DNA of 48,476 bases from a virus (lineage: Duplodnaviria > Caudoviricetes): the IMG/VR virus record IMGVR_UViG_3300037423_001743, positions 1 through 48,476 of that record, one strand, 5' to 3'. A program made the translations under genes and the position numbers. Positions 1-8,222 of the stretch are shown in pieces. Position 1 is the first letter of the stretch, and each line of letters begins with the position of its first letter. The notes below the pieces were generated by a model. It was not told where the DNA came from, made no database searches, and saw only the letters and a list, made by a program, of their open reading frames with translations.

Positions 1-216
1 GGGCCACCACGCAAGACCTCAGGGACCGCTTCCTCAGGGCGTCCAACCCGGACCCCGCGCCAGTCACGGCCGCGGACCAGGCGCTTCGGGTGCGCGGCGC
101 GTGGATGATCCGAAGCGGCATCGTCGTGATAGCACTCGCCCTGGTCATCGCCGTCGTGTGGTACGCCGGGTTCAGCGAACACATACCGTCGCCGTTCCTC
201 ATGCCGCTCTACGGCG
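1..216. repeat. Terminal direct repeat, left copy (circular overlap)
   Basis: Identical to 48261-48476 except position 89 G vs 48349 A. Confidence 0.97.
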
Positions 217-494
217 CCGGTTTCACCGCCATCACGCTCGGCTCCCTCGAGTACCTGAACCGGCCCACAAGGGAGACCCACCAGCGCGTCGTGGCGCGCC
301 TGGACCGCATCGAGCGCGGCCTCACCAGCCTGGCCGACCTGCTACCCGAGGAACTCGCCCAGCGCTGGTACGCCGGCTACATCGAGGCCACCAAGGAAAG
401 CCTGCAGCGGACCGGCACCGACCACTACCCGGCCAAGGCGCGCGGCACCGCCGACGTCATCAAGATCCAGCGGCGCAACGGGCAGCCCCGCTGA
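3..494 (+). CDS. Two-TM membrane protein, 3' part (gene starts at ATG 48206 across the circular junction; 182 aa total)
   Basis: Frame is continuous from ATG 48206 (RBS GGAGGG) through the overlap; hydrophobic segments GIVVIALALVIAVVWYAG and FLMPLYGAGFTAITLGSL. Confidence 0.75.
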   Translation, partial: ATTQDLRDRFLRASNPDPAPVTAADQALRVRGAWMIRSGIVVIALALVIAVVWYAGFSEHIPSPFLMPLYGAGFTAITLGSLEYLNRPTRETHQRVVARLDRIERGLTSLADLLPEELAQRWYAGYIEATKESLQRTGTDHYPAKARGTADVIKIQRRNGQPR

Positions 495-498
495 CGCC

Positions 499-1416
499 TC
501 AGAGGTCGCCCATCACGTTCACCCGGTCGTACGCTCGCCTCGCCCTCGCGGAACGCGCGGACGCGCCGTAGTGCCGCAGCATCTGAGGTGAGTCCCAGCC
601 GTTCAGCTCCATCAGGTCACCCTCCGCGCCGCCGGCGTCGAGCCAGTTGTGGCTGAACGTGTGCCGGAACATGTGCGGGTGGATGCGCAGGCCGAGCCGC
701 TCGCCGCGACGCTCGATGACCTGGTAGATACCCGACCTGGTCATGGCGACCCGGCGACGGACACCGAGCCACAGCGCGTCAAGGCCGGCTGCCGGGTGCT
801 CCGCCCGCTTCCGCAGGTACCGGTCCAGGGCGAGCGCGCACTTGTGGTCGAACTTCACCTGCCGGGACTTGCCGCCCTTGCCGGTCACCACCGCGGTCCG
901 GTCCTTCACGTCAACGTCGGCGACCCGCAGGTGGGTGATCTCCGACAGGCGGCAGCCCGTGCACGCGAACAGGCGCAGCAGCGCCGCGTCCCGGCGGGAT
1001 TCGAAGTCCCGGCCCGCCTCGGCGTCCTTGATCAGCCGGCGCATGTCCTCGATGGCCAGCACCTGCACCATCTTGGTGCCCAGCTTCGGCGCCGTCGGCG
1101 GCTTGAACCGGTCGTACGGGTTCGCGATCTCCTCCTCCTCGGCCAGCCACTTGAAGAACGCCTGCAGGCAGCGGCCGATGTTGTTGCGGTACGACTGCTG
1201 ATAGTCCAGGCCGGCCATGTGGACGAAGAACTGGCGCAGCTCGTCCCGGCCCACCTGCGGCCAGCGGCGCGCGCTCGTCTCGGCGGTGAGCCACCCGGCG
1301 AACCAGCGCACCGCATCGAGGTACATCTCCCGGGTCCGGGCGCTACGGCCGCCGGAGAGCATGTCGATCTCGAACGAATCGATCAGCGGCCCGAAGGCGC
1401 CGACGTCGCGCGGCAC
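499..1416 (-). CDS. int: Tyrosine integrase
   Basis: Catalytic motifs TGCRLSE, GKGGK, HPHMFRH, LNGW, RHYG. ORF is open to 1509, but GTG 1416 with an upstream GGGGA is the preferred start. Confidence 0.93.
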   Translation of the reverse strand: MPRDVGAFGPLIDSFEIDMLSGGRSARTREMYLDAVRWFAGWLTAETSARRWPQVGRDELRQFFVHMAGLDYQQSYRNNIGRCLQAFFKWLAEEEEIANPYDRFKPPTAPKLGTKMVQVLAIEDMRRLIKDAEAGRDFESRRDAALLRLFACTGCRLSEITHLRVADVDVKDRTAVVTGKGGKSRQVKFDHKCALALDRYLRKRAEHPAAGLDALWLGVRRRVAMTRSGIYQVIERRGERLGLRIHPHMFRHTFSHNWLDAGGAEGDLMELNGWDSPQMLRHYGASARSARARRAYDRVNVMGDL

Positions 1417-1484
1417 ATGTCCCCGTCGGCCCGGCACGGCATCCCTCAATCCGATAGGCGAATCGTCTCTGAGCGATTGAGCCA

Positions 1485-1506
1485 ACCGTATCAGGGTAGA
1501 TACGGT
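1485..1506. promoter_or_regulatory. Putative repressor operator upstream of integrase
   Basis: ACCGTATC-AGGGTA-GATACGGT palindrome; same CGTATC-N6-GATACG consensus as sites in the repressor/cro intergenic region. Confidence 0.75.
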
Positions 1507-1542
1507 CAAGGATCAACTGTGTTTGTGCAGGTGAGGCTATAT

Positions 1543-1587
1543 TGGAGCCCCCGGTCGGAATCGAACCGACGACATCTCGCTTACAAG
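1543..1587 (-). other. attP: attP core = 3' half of tRNA-Thr(UGU)
   Basis: Reverse complement CTTGTAAGCGAGATGTCGTCGGTTCGATTCCGACCGGGGGCTCCA: anticodon loop CT-TGT-AA, T-arm GGTTCGATTCC, CCA end; no 5' half; adjacent to integrase. Confidence 0.9.
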
Positions 1588-1659
1588 TAGAACCCCTGTG
1601 GACGATTGAGCACCCGCACGCCACCTGCGCAGGGCGTTCAACGGAAAACGCATAAGCGA

Positions 1660-1789
1660 AGGGTCGCCCAGGACCCTGCGGTAGTTCCCGGTCCATGCGG
1701 GTGAGCAGCTCGAGGTAGCCCTCGACGGTGGAGTCGGCGCGGCCGAGGTCGCGTAGGTGCCGCCTGTACGCGGCGAGGTGGCCGGTCAC
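1660..1789 (-). pseudogene. Possible remnant N-terminus of a former tyrosine integrase
   Basis: GTG 1789 is coupled to the stop of the upstream gene; VTGHLAAYRRHLRDLGRADSTVEGYLELL resembles integrase N-terminal helices; coding bias is lost after ~40 codons. Confidence 0.45.
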
Positions 1790-2229
1790 GACGGCCGCCA
1801 TTCGTCCCGGTAACCCGGCCTGGCGGCGTACGGCAGAACGAGCAGGCGGACCGTCGGGCATGGCCACGTCTGCGCGTCCACTTCACACATGTCCGGAGCG
1901 CTGAATCCGAGCCGGGGGGCCACGTTGTCGGGCACTCGCCGGTGCAGTTCGAGAATCCGCCGCTTGGCGTCAACCTCGGCCAGCACGCGCGCCGGATCCC
2001 ACCGGGCGATGTGCTCGGCGTCCTCGTGACTCGGTCGGCCGATGTCGTAGGCACCGACGCTGGCGATGACGTACATGCCGAAGGGCTCACTCGACTTCGA
2101 TGCACTCGGTCCGCTGTGGCGGATGCTGGCGTTCGCCTCATCGCGCAGCCACGGAGCCATCGAGGCCGCCCGCGCCACCCGCTCGTCGTCGTCCAACTGC
2201 GCGCGCAGCCAGGCGATCAGTTCGTTCAT
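1786..2229 (-). CDS. DUF6221-family protein
   Basis: LIAWLRAQLDDDERVARAA, HIARWDPARVLAEVDAKRRIL, LVLPYAARPGYRDEWRP motifs. Confidence 0.8.
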   Translation of the reverse strand: MNELIAWLRAQLDDDERVARAASMAPWLRDEANASIRHSGPSASKSSEPFGMYVIASVGAYDIGRPSHEDAEHIARWDPARVLAEVDAKRRILELHRRVPDNVAPRLGFSAPDMCEVDAQTWPCPTVRLLVLPYAARPGYRDEWRPS

Positions 2230-2258
2230 CGGTCGGCCCGCCCCTCAGATGACCTGGC

Positions 2259-2690
2259 TCAGCCAGCCCTGCGGCGGCCCTCTTCGTCGTGTGCCTCCTG
2301 GCCGGCCAGGAACCGGAGGTAGTCCAGCCACTGCGCCTTGCGCCGGGAGTCGACCTTCGGGTCCTCGAGTATCGCGATCGCGTCCTCGGTCGTCGCATGG
2401 AACGCCCGCGCCGTCTCCGGCGGCAGGCCCATCTCCTCCTCGGTGACGTACCCGAGCAGCACCGGGATCCGCCGCGGATCCAGTCGCAGGGCGATGAAGA
2501 TGGCACGCGCCTTCTCCGGCTCGGGCGCCTTGGTCTTCGCCTGCTCGTACCGGTTGATTGTCGGCCGGCTGACACCCGCGCGCTCCGCCAGGTCGTCCTG
2601 GCTCCATCCGCGGTACTCCCGCGTCGACCTGATGAGGGCGGCGAACCGGCGTAGCGGGTCGTCCTCATCGAGCGGCGGTTCGAGTGTCAT
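2259..2690 (-). CDS. Immunity repressor, XRE-family HTH
   Basis: REYRGWSQDDLAERAGVSRPTINRYE HTH; divergent from a Cro-like gene. Confidence 0.88.
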   Translation of the reverse strand: MTLEPPLDEDDPLRRFAALIRSTREYRGWSQDDLAERAGVSRPTINRYEQAKTKAPEPEKARAIFIALRLDPRRIPVLLGYVTEEEMGLPPETARAFHATTEDAIAILEDPKVDSRRKAQWLDYLRFLAGQEAHDEEGRRRAG

Positions 2691-2724
2691 GACTCCAGAG
2701 TATGGCAGGTCAGATACGTTGCCT

Positions 2725-2940
2725 CGTATCACCCCTGTTACATATCGGCTCTGATACAGACGCCCTGGTCCCATGCGCTACCCCCTTGCAGCCCCTACTC
2801 CGTCCCACGTTACAGAGTGACATAGATCAATAGCTGCACGAAGACTAACCGTCTGCCCTCTTGCGTATCAGACTTGATACGTGCATGCTCGTATCGTGCT
2901 TGATACGCAGACGCCCACGGAGGGCATCATGACTGATACG
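2725..2940. promoter_or_regulatory. Lysis/lysogeny switch with operator array CGTATC-N6-GATACG
   Basis: Perfect copies at 2864-2881 and 2890-2907; degenerate copies at 2725-2742, 2741-2758, 2923-2940; AT-richer intergenic region. Confidence 0.8.
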
Positions 2941-3168
2941 GACATCGGCCCGTATCCGCGGCTCACCGCTGCAGCCGTCGAGCGCGCCAAGACCAGGCTG
3001 AACATCTCTGACATCGACGCCCTCGGTCAAGAGCTCGGGTTCAGCCGCCAAAGCTTCTGGCGCGTTCGGCGCGGCCAGTACGACATCCGCCTCTCTCACG
3101 CCTGGAAGGTCGCCGAGCGCATCGGCTGGCCCCTGCACCGGGTGTTCGAGGGCGGGCCCCATGCCTGA
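2929..3168 (+). CDS. Cro-like HTH regulator
   Basis: RBS GGAGGG; DALGQELGFSRQSFWRVRRG HTH; divergent from repressor. Confidence 0.8.
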   Translation: MTDTDIGPYPRLTAAAVERAKTRLNISDIDALGQELGFSRQSFWRVRRGQYDIRLSHAWKVAERIGWPLHRVFEGGPHA

Positions 3169-3412
3169 CTACTCCAACCACCACCAGCTCGCCGGCCGCA
3201 TCGGCGGCCTGGTCAGCGCCGCCCGCCGCACCAATGAAGGCCACCGCAAGACCCGCGCTGCAGAAGGCCGTATGCGCCGGTTCCTCGAGCAGGTGCCGGC
3301 GGAGGTCACCGACCCGGCCGAGCGGATGCGCCGCGCCCTGCTACTGCAGCGGGCTCACATGCAGCGCATCGCAAAGAAGTCCGCCGACGTCCGTAGGAAG
3401 CCAGCGGCCTGA
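3161..3412 (+). CDS. Hypothetical basic protein
   Basis: Overlaps cro stop; GC3-biased. Confidence 0.7.
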   Translation: MPDYSNHHQLAGRIGGLVSAARRTNEGHRKTRAAEGRMRRFLEQVPAEVTDPAERMRRALLLQRAHMQRIAKKSADVRRKPAA

Positions 3413-3543
3413 GACCCGGGCCCAGGCCGGTCGCTGCGCCGGAATCGCCGTCCGGCTTGGGCCCGCATCCACAACACGAAGCAGCGCCCCCAGCGCCCGG
3501 ACAAGGCAAGAGCTGGAGGCGCCGACCCAAGGAGAAGTGTCCC

Positions 3544-3912
3544 ATGACGGACGCGGGAACGAACGACCAGACCTCCGACGAGCGCCGCCGCCAAGCGTTC
3601 CTCGCCATCCACGACCTGTCCATGCAGCTGAATCTGCCCATGCCCCTGAGCGTGACGTTCAGCCGCAGCGGCATCACGATCCGACTCGACGACGACACCC
3701 CCGCCTCGGACGTCCAGGCATGGGCCGACGCCCTCGGTCTCGGCGCGATTCGCGGCCTTCCGGTCCCGGCAGGGAACTTCACCTCGGTCCGGGCCGATGC
3801 GTCGTCCTACGACCGCGGCGGCGAGCCGGCTTGGCTGAGCTTCGACCACGCGACCGTCTGGTCCGCCGACCACTCCCGCTGCGACGCGGGCGAGGTCGGT
3901 GAGCAGGCATGA
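3544..3912 (+). CDS. Hypothetical protein
   Basis: RBS AAGGAG before ATG 3544; ATGA overlap with next gene. Confidence 0.7.
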   Translation: MTDAGTNDQTSDERRRQAFLAIHDLSMQLNLPMPLSVTFSRSGITIRLDDDTPASDVQAWADALGLGAIRGLPVPAGNFTSVRADASSYDRGGEPAWLSFDHATVWSADHSRCDAGEVGEQA

Positions 3913-4241
3913 CGCAACCGCTGCAGCCGTCCGTCCACGCCCGCGCCGTCGAACTCCTCGACGCGCTCGGCCCCACCGTCACCGACGTCGCCCGCAACCT
4001 CCAGGCCGCCGGCATCAAGGGCGAGCGGGCAGCCTGCTACGCCTGCCCGATCACCGTCTACCTGCTGAACTCCGATCTGGGCTGCACGGCCGTGGACACC
4101 GGCGACGTCGAGATCGCCCTCTGGTTCGCCGAGTACCCGGTGGCCGCGGACGACGTCGTGTACGTGGACACCCCGGACCCGGTCGCGCAGTTCATCAACC
4201 AGTTCGACAACGGCGCCTACAACCAGCTGGCGGTGGCGTGA
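3909..4241 (+). CDS. Hypothetical protein (CxxC)
   Basis: ATGA coupling; CYAC motif; GC3 bias. Confidence 0.7.
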   Translation: MTQPLQPSVHARAVELLDALGPTVTDVARNLQAAGIKGERAACYACPITVYLLNSDLGCTAVDTGDVEIALWFAEYPVAADDVVYVDTPDPVAQFINQFDNGAYNQLAVA

Positions 4242-4243
4242 TC

Positions 4244-4444
4244 ATGACCGCGCCCGTCACCACCACCGAAGAAACCGTGCAGGGGCTCCTCGACGTCTGG
4301 GAAGCCAGCCTCCACCACATGGACGCCGTCGAACTCGACCACGAAGCGCAACGCGTCGAGCTGTACCGGAAGTCCCCAATGGCCGACCGGATGCGCGCCG
4401 CCATCGACACCGAACGAGCCGCCCGGAACGGCGGTGCGGCATGA
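4244..4444 (+). CDS. Hypothetical protein
   Basis: Fills the gap; ATGA overlap with the methyltransferase. Confidence 0.65.
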   Translation: MTAPVTTTEETVQGLLDVWEASLHHMDAVELDHEAQRVELYRKSPMADRMRAAIDTERAARNGGAA

Positions 4445-5166
4445 ACTACCTGTCGCTGTTCTCCGGCATCGGCGGCATCGACCTCGGCCTCGACCGCGCC
4501 GGCATGACCTGCGTCGGCCAGGTCGAGAAGGACCCCTATTGCCGATCTGTCCTTGACCGCCACTGGCCGGGAGTACCTAAACATGACGACGTTCACACAG
4601 CCTCGGCATGGTGGCTGGAAAAGACCCGGCCTGCCGTTGACCTGGTCGTCGGTGGATTCCCATGCCAGGACATCAGCAACGCCCACACCAACGGATCACG
4701 TCTTGCACTCGAAGGCCGAAAATCCGGGTTGTGGCGCCTCTTCGCCGACATCGTCGAGGCAGTCGGACCAGGCTGGGTCCTCGTCGAGAACGTCGGCGCC
4801 TGGAGGCGATGGGTGCCCGGCGTGCGGCGCGATCTCCACAATCTCGGGTACGCCAGCCTGCCAGTTCAGGTGTCCGCCGGTAGCGTCGGCGCTCCCCACA
4901 AGCGGCCCCGTGTCTTGGTGGTGGCCCACGCCAACAGCCAAGGCGAACCACTGCGCGCCATCCATGCGGAAGTGGCCGGCCTACGCCCGCTTCCAAGAGG
5001 TGGCGGGTACTGGCGGGGCACCCAACCCCGAGCTCTTCGAGTGGCTCATGGGGTTCCCGGGCAGATGGACCGACTTAGGGCCCTCGGCAACGCCGTCGTC
5101 CCCCAGGTCGCCGAGCGCATCGGACGGCTGATCCTCGCCCACGCCGAACAGGCGGTGACGGCATGA
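4441..5166 (+). CDS. DNA (cytosine-5)-methyltransferase, large subunit
   Basis: Motif I LSLFSGIGG, IV GGFPCQD, VI LVENV, VIII PHKRPRVLVVA, X RALGNAVV. Confidence 0.92.
   Translation: MNYLSLFSGIGGIDLGLDRAGMTCVGQVEKDPYCRSVLDRHWPGVPKHDDVHTASAWWLEKTRPAVDLVVGGFPCQDISNAHTNGSRLALEGRKSGLWRLFADIVEAVGPGWVLVENVGAWRRWVPGVRRDLHNLGYASLPVQVSAGSVGAPHKRPRVLVVAHANSQGEPLRAIHAEVAGLRPLPRGGGYWRGTQPRALRVAHGVPGQMDRLRALGNAVVPQVAERIGRLILAHAEQAVTA
4910..5131 (+). CDS. Nested alternative-frame peptide carrying C5-MTase motif IX (putative small subunit)
   Basis: +1 frame encodes WPTPTA...PNPELFEWLMGFPGRWTD; frame open from 4553; start uncertain (GTG 4910 candidate). Confidence 0.6.
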   Translation: MSWWWPTPTAKANHCAPSMRKWPAYARFQEVAGTGGAPNPELFEWLMGFPGRWTDLGPSATPSSPRSPSASDG

Positions 5167-5444
5167 GCCACATCTACGCCTCCCTCGCGTACGGCCACTT
5201 CTCACCCAGCCGCGAAGTCCGCTTCGACCAGCTACGCCGCATCCGTGTCGCCGAAGGGCTACGCCACCACGCACTCGCCGCCGTCAACGCCGAACTCGCC
5301 AAGCCCGCCACCACCAACCCGCCCACCTACCGGCAGGTCGCCGAGGAGCACGGCTGGGACACGGCCGCCGGGCTGGTCAACCAGTGGATGGCCGACGGCT
5401 CCAAAGGCGAGTGGACCGACCAGCTCGAGGACGGTGCGCCGTGA
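5163..5444 (+). CDS. Hypothetical protein
   Basis: ATGA/GTGA coupling on both sides. Confidence 0.65.
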   Translation: MSHIYASLAYGHFSPSREVRFDQLRRIRVAEGLRHHALAAVNAELAKPATTNPPTYRQVAEEHGWDTAAGLVNQWMADGSKGEWTDQLEDGAP

Positions 5445-5665
5445 GCCCCCAGGTGCTGGCCGCCTTCCTCGTAGCGGTCATCTGCTCCCTCGCCGCCTGC
5501 ACCGCCGTCTGCTGGGCCGTTCACGAGAACGGCCGGCGGCGCAGCACCGACGCCCGCCTCCGCAAGGCCCAGGCCCGGCTGAACACCTACCGCCAGTGGG
5601 CCGACGACCACGTCTACCTCGCGTTCCCCGAGCCCCACGACCAGGAAGGCGGAGACCGCTCATGA
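5441..5665 (+). CDS. Small membrane protein
   Basis: N-terminal hydrophobic helix VLAAFLVAVICSLAACTAVCWAV; coupled overlaps. Confidence 0.65.
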   Translation: MSPQVLAAFLVAVICSLAACTAVCWAVHENGRRRSTDARLRKAQARLNTYRQWADDHVYLAFPEPHDQEGGDRS

Positions 5666-6387
5666 GCACCGCAATCGTCGACCCGTCCGACACCGGAGAG
5701 ATCGAGCCCACGCTCCCGGTCGGCGAGGCCACCGAAAACGTGGCCCTGCTCTACAACGTGCGGCCCCCCCGCCGGCCCGACGCGACCGGTGAGATCCCCG
5801 CCATCCGGCCGGACATGGGACCCAGTGATCCTGCGCCCTGCACGGTACGAGCGCCCGGCCGCCTTGAGGCGCGGCCGTGGGCGCCGCCGTTACCCGTCGC
5901 TGCTGGCACGCACCTGGCGCCGTCTGCGGGGTGCGTGGTGACCGCCCGTTTCAGCACCTGCAAATACCGGCCCATCCCAGCGAAGCCCGCCTTCATGGAC
6001 GACCCCGCACGGCCCTGCGCCCCCGAGCGAGGCCGCGCGTACCTGTTCACCTCCGACGACCGCGGCGACCAGCGAGAAGCCAAGAAGATCTGCCTGCGGA
6101 GATGTCCCTTCCAGGTCGAATGCCTCCGCTACGCCCTCGAGCAGGACGAGCGCTGGCACGTCTGGGGAGGCGTCCTCATGTCATCCGGCATCGAACGTGC
6201 CCGCGCCCGGCGCAGCTACCACATCGACCGGCAGGTCCGCGAACTGTGGGAGAAGCGGCTCAGCGACGGCCAGATCGGCGCCGCCCTCGGCATCAACAAA
6301 CGCACCGTCCGCGAGCACCGGCACCGCCAGCGGCTACCCGCCCTGTACGGGCCTGGCGGCAAGCGGAAGGCCGAGGTGGCGGCATGA
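5662..6387 (+). CDS. whiB: WhiB-family Fe-S transcription factor with N-terminal extension and C-terminal HTH
   Basis: PC...AKKICLRRCPFQVECLRYAL...HVWGG; C-terminal LSDGQIGAALGINKRTVREHR. Confidence 0.85.
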   Translation: MSTAIVDPSDTGEIEPTLPVGEATENVALLYNVRPPRRPDATGEIPAIRPDMGPSDPAPCTVRAPGRLEARPWAPPLPVAAGTHLAPSAGCVVTARFSTCKYRPIPAKPAFMDDPARPCAPERGRAYLFTSDDRGDQREAKKICLRRCPFQVECLRYALEQDERWHVWGGVLMSSGIERARARRSYHIDRQVRELWEKRLSDGQIGAALGINKRTVREHRHRQRLPALYGPGGKRKAEVAA

Positions 6388-6728
6388 ACCTCAATCCACA
6401 CACCCACAAACTGGATGGCCAGCCGCTCGTGGTCACGATCTGCGGCAGCACTCGCTTCCGCGCGGAGATGACCGAGGCGAATCGGGTGATGACTTTGAAG
6501 GGCCGCATCGTCCTCGCGCCCGGCGTCTTCGGTCACGACGGCGACGAGATGGCCGACGAGCAGAAGGCCGCCCTCGACGAACTGCACCTCCGGAAGATCG
6601 ACATGTCCGACGAGGTGCTGGTGGTCAACCCCGGCGGATACATCGGCGAGTCGACGCGGCGGGAGATCGCCTACGCGCTCCAAACCGGAAAGACCGTGCG
6701 GTACGTCGCATGGGAGGCACCGGCATGA
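6384..6728 (+). CDS. Nucleoside 2-deoxyribosyltransferase-like (DUF4406-like) protein
   Basis: TICGSTRF, LHLRKIDMSDEVLVVNPGGYIGESTRREIAYA. Confidence 0.7.
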   Translation: MNLNPHTHKLDGQPLVVTICGSTRFRAEMTEANRVMTLKGRIVLAPGVFGHDGDEMADEQKAALDELHLRKIDMSDEVLVVNPGGYIGESTRREIAYALQTGKTVRYVAWEAPA

Positions 6729-7159
6729 CGTGCGCGCACGTCTGGCCCGACGAGCTGGAACCCGAAACCACCTGCCTGCACTGCGGGCTGGCGTACGCCG
6801 ACTGGTCCGAGGTGGACGACGAAATGAGTGACCCGATCCCCGTCCCGGCGGTGCAACCCACGCCCGGCAGCCGGCTGGACGACCTGCTCGCGGTGTACGC
6901 CGGCCTCAAGCCGCAGGCCGACGAGATCGCGACGCGGCTGAAGACCGTGACCGACGCGATCAAGACCGAGCTGCTGGCGGCGGCGCCCGGGGCGCAGCGC
7001 GTCGACGTCGCTCACACGGCGCTGGCCCAGCCGCTGCGGCTGTCGTACGTGGAGACCTGGACGCTCGACACCAAACGGCTCAAGGCCGAGAACCCCGCTC
7101 TGTACGTCGCGTACGCCCGCAAGGGCGGCAGCTGGCAGCTGCGGGGGCGGTCGGCGTGA
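6725..7159 (+). CDS. Hypothetical phage protein (start could be 6824)
   Basis: Coupled overlaps; LDTKRLKAENPALY motif typical of phage recombination-module genes. Confidence 0.65.
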   Translation: MTCAHVWPDELEPETTCLHCGLAYADWSEVDDEMSDPIPVPAVQPTPGSRLDDLLAVYAGLKPQADEIATRLKTVTDAIKTELLAAAPGAQRVDVAHTALAQPLRLSYVETWTLDTKRLKAENPALYVAYARKGGSWQLRGRSA

Positions 7160-7416
7160 GCGAGCCGAGAGACGTGATCGGCGCTGTCCTGCCGAAGAGC
7201 CTGTCCCAGAAGAAGCGCGACGAGCTCACCGAACAGATCGTCAACGCCCTGTTCGATGCGGGGCTTCTGCTGGTCGACGATGCCACGACCATCGAGGTGC
7301 GCGGTGCCCGGGTACCGGTCGAGACGGTCGAGGCGTACGGGCTGACCATCAGGGTCGACGCCAACGGCAACGCCGCCGAGATCACCTCGCCGTGGGGCCT
7401 GGAGATCCTCGCGTGA
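7156..7416 (+). CDS. Hypothetical protein
   Basis: GTGA coupling on both sides. Confidence 0.65.
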   Translation: MSEPRDVIGAVLPKSLSQKKRDELTEQIVNALFDAGLLLVDDATTIEVRGARVPVETVEAYGLTIRVDANGNAAEITSPWGLEILA

Positions 7417-8213
7417 CCAGCGTCGAGGCATTCATGAGCGCGGCGCCGGCGAGCCCTGGAGGCAGCAGCCCCTGGGCCTCGCGGTACGCGGGCGAGCTCC
7501 GGCGGGTGGTGACCGATCAGGCGCGCGGCTCGGCCCGGAACCTGCAGCGGCATCTCGGCCCCAGCGAGCTGGGTGTGCCGTGCGACCGGCAGGTGGTCGG
7601 GAAGCTGGCCGGCCTGCCGGTCACCAACCACGTGGTGGACCCGTGGCCGTCGATCGTCGGTACCGCGGTGCACGCCTGGCTGGCCGACGCGTTCACCGCG
7701 GCCAACGCGCTGCTCGGGCAGGCGCGGTGGCTGGCCGAGCAGCGCGTGGTGCCGCACCCCGACCACGCCGGAACGGCCGACCTCTACGACGCAGCGGAAA
7801 CGGCGGTCGTCGATCACAAAGTGCTCGGCGAGTCCAGCATGGCCAAGGTTCGCAGCGCGGCCGGGCCGCCTATTCACTACGTCATTCAGCTCCTGCTGTA
7901 CGGCAAGGGCTACCGAAATCTCGGGCTGCCGGTGACGCGCGTCGCGCTGGCCGCCTATCCCCGCACGGCCGCCTCTTTGGACGGGCTCTACGTCTGGGAG
8001 CGGGCGACGGGGCCGCAGGACGACGCGCTGATCGACGAGGTTTTCCGCCTCACTGATCGACGTAAGGAAATCGCACGGCAATTGGTGAGCGGGCAGATCG
8101 CATTCACTGACATTCCCATTACAGCTGACGACGACCTCTGTTTCTTCTGCCCGTTCTACCGCCCACAGTCCAAGCGCGACAACGGACCCGGATGTCCCGG
8201 GCCCATCCACTGA
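7413..8213 (+). CDS. Cas4/RecB-like PD-(D/E)XK exonuclease
   Basis: LGPSELGVPC, GTAVH, GTADLYD, VVDHK, QLLLY, and C-terminal CFFC...GC Fe-S ligands. Confidence 0.85.
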   Translation: MTSVEAFMSAAPASPGGSSPWASRYAGELRRVVTDQARGSARNLQRHLGPSELGVPCDRQVVGKLAGLPVTNHVVDPWPSIVGTAVHAWLADAFTAANALLGQARWLAEQRVVPHPDHAGTADLYDAAETAVVDHKVLGESSMAKVRSAAGPPIHYVIQLLLYGKGYRNLGLPVTRVALAAYPRTAASLDGLYVWERATGPQDDALIDEVFRLTDRRKEIARQLVSGQIAFTDIPITADDDLCFFCPFYRPQSKRDNGPGCPGPIH

Positions 8214-8222
8214 GGAGAGCAG

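Noticed and set aside
1-216. Physical terminal repeat of the virion DNA
   Set aside because: It falls mid-gene and far from the HNH/terminase region; more simply an assembly overlap of a circle
1543-1620. Complete tRNA-Thr gene
   Set aside because: Only the 3' half is present; the sequence 5' of the anticodon loop cannot form the anticodon stem or D-arm, so it is an attP core
1543-2690. Integration-dependent immunity (attP inside repressor)
   Set aside because: The repressor ends at 2259, about 670 bp from attP
7413-8213. CRISPR-Cas system suggested by the Cas4-like gene
   Set aside because: No repeat-spacer array or other cas genes seen; solo Cas4-like exonucleases are common in phages
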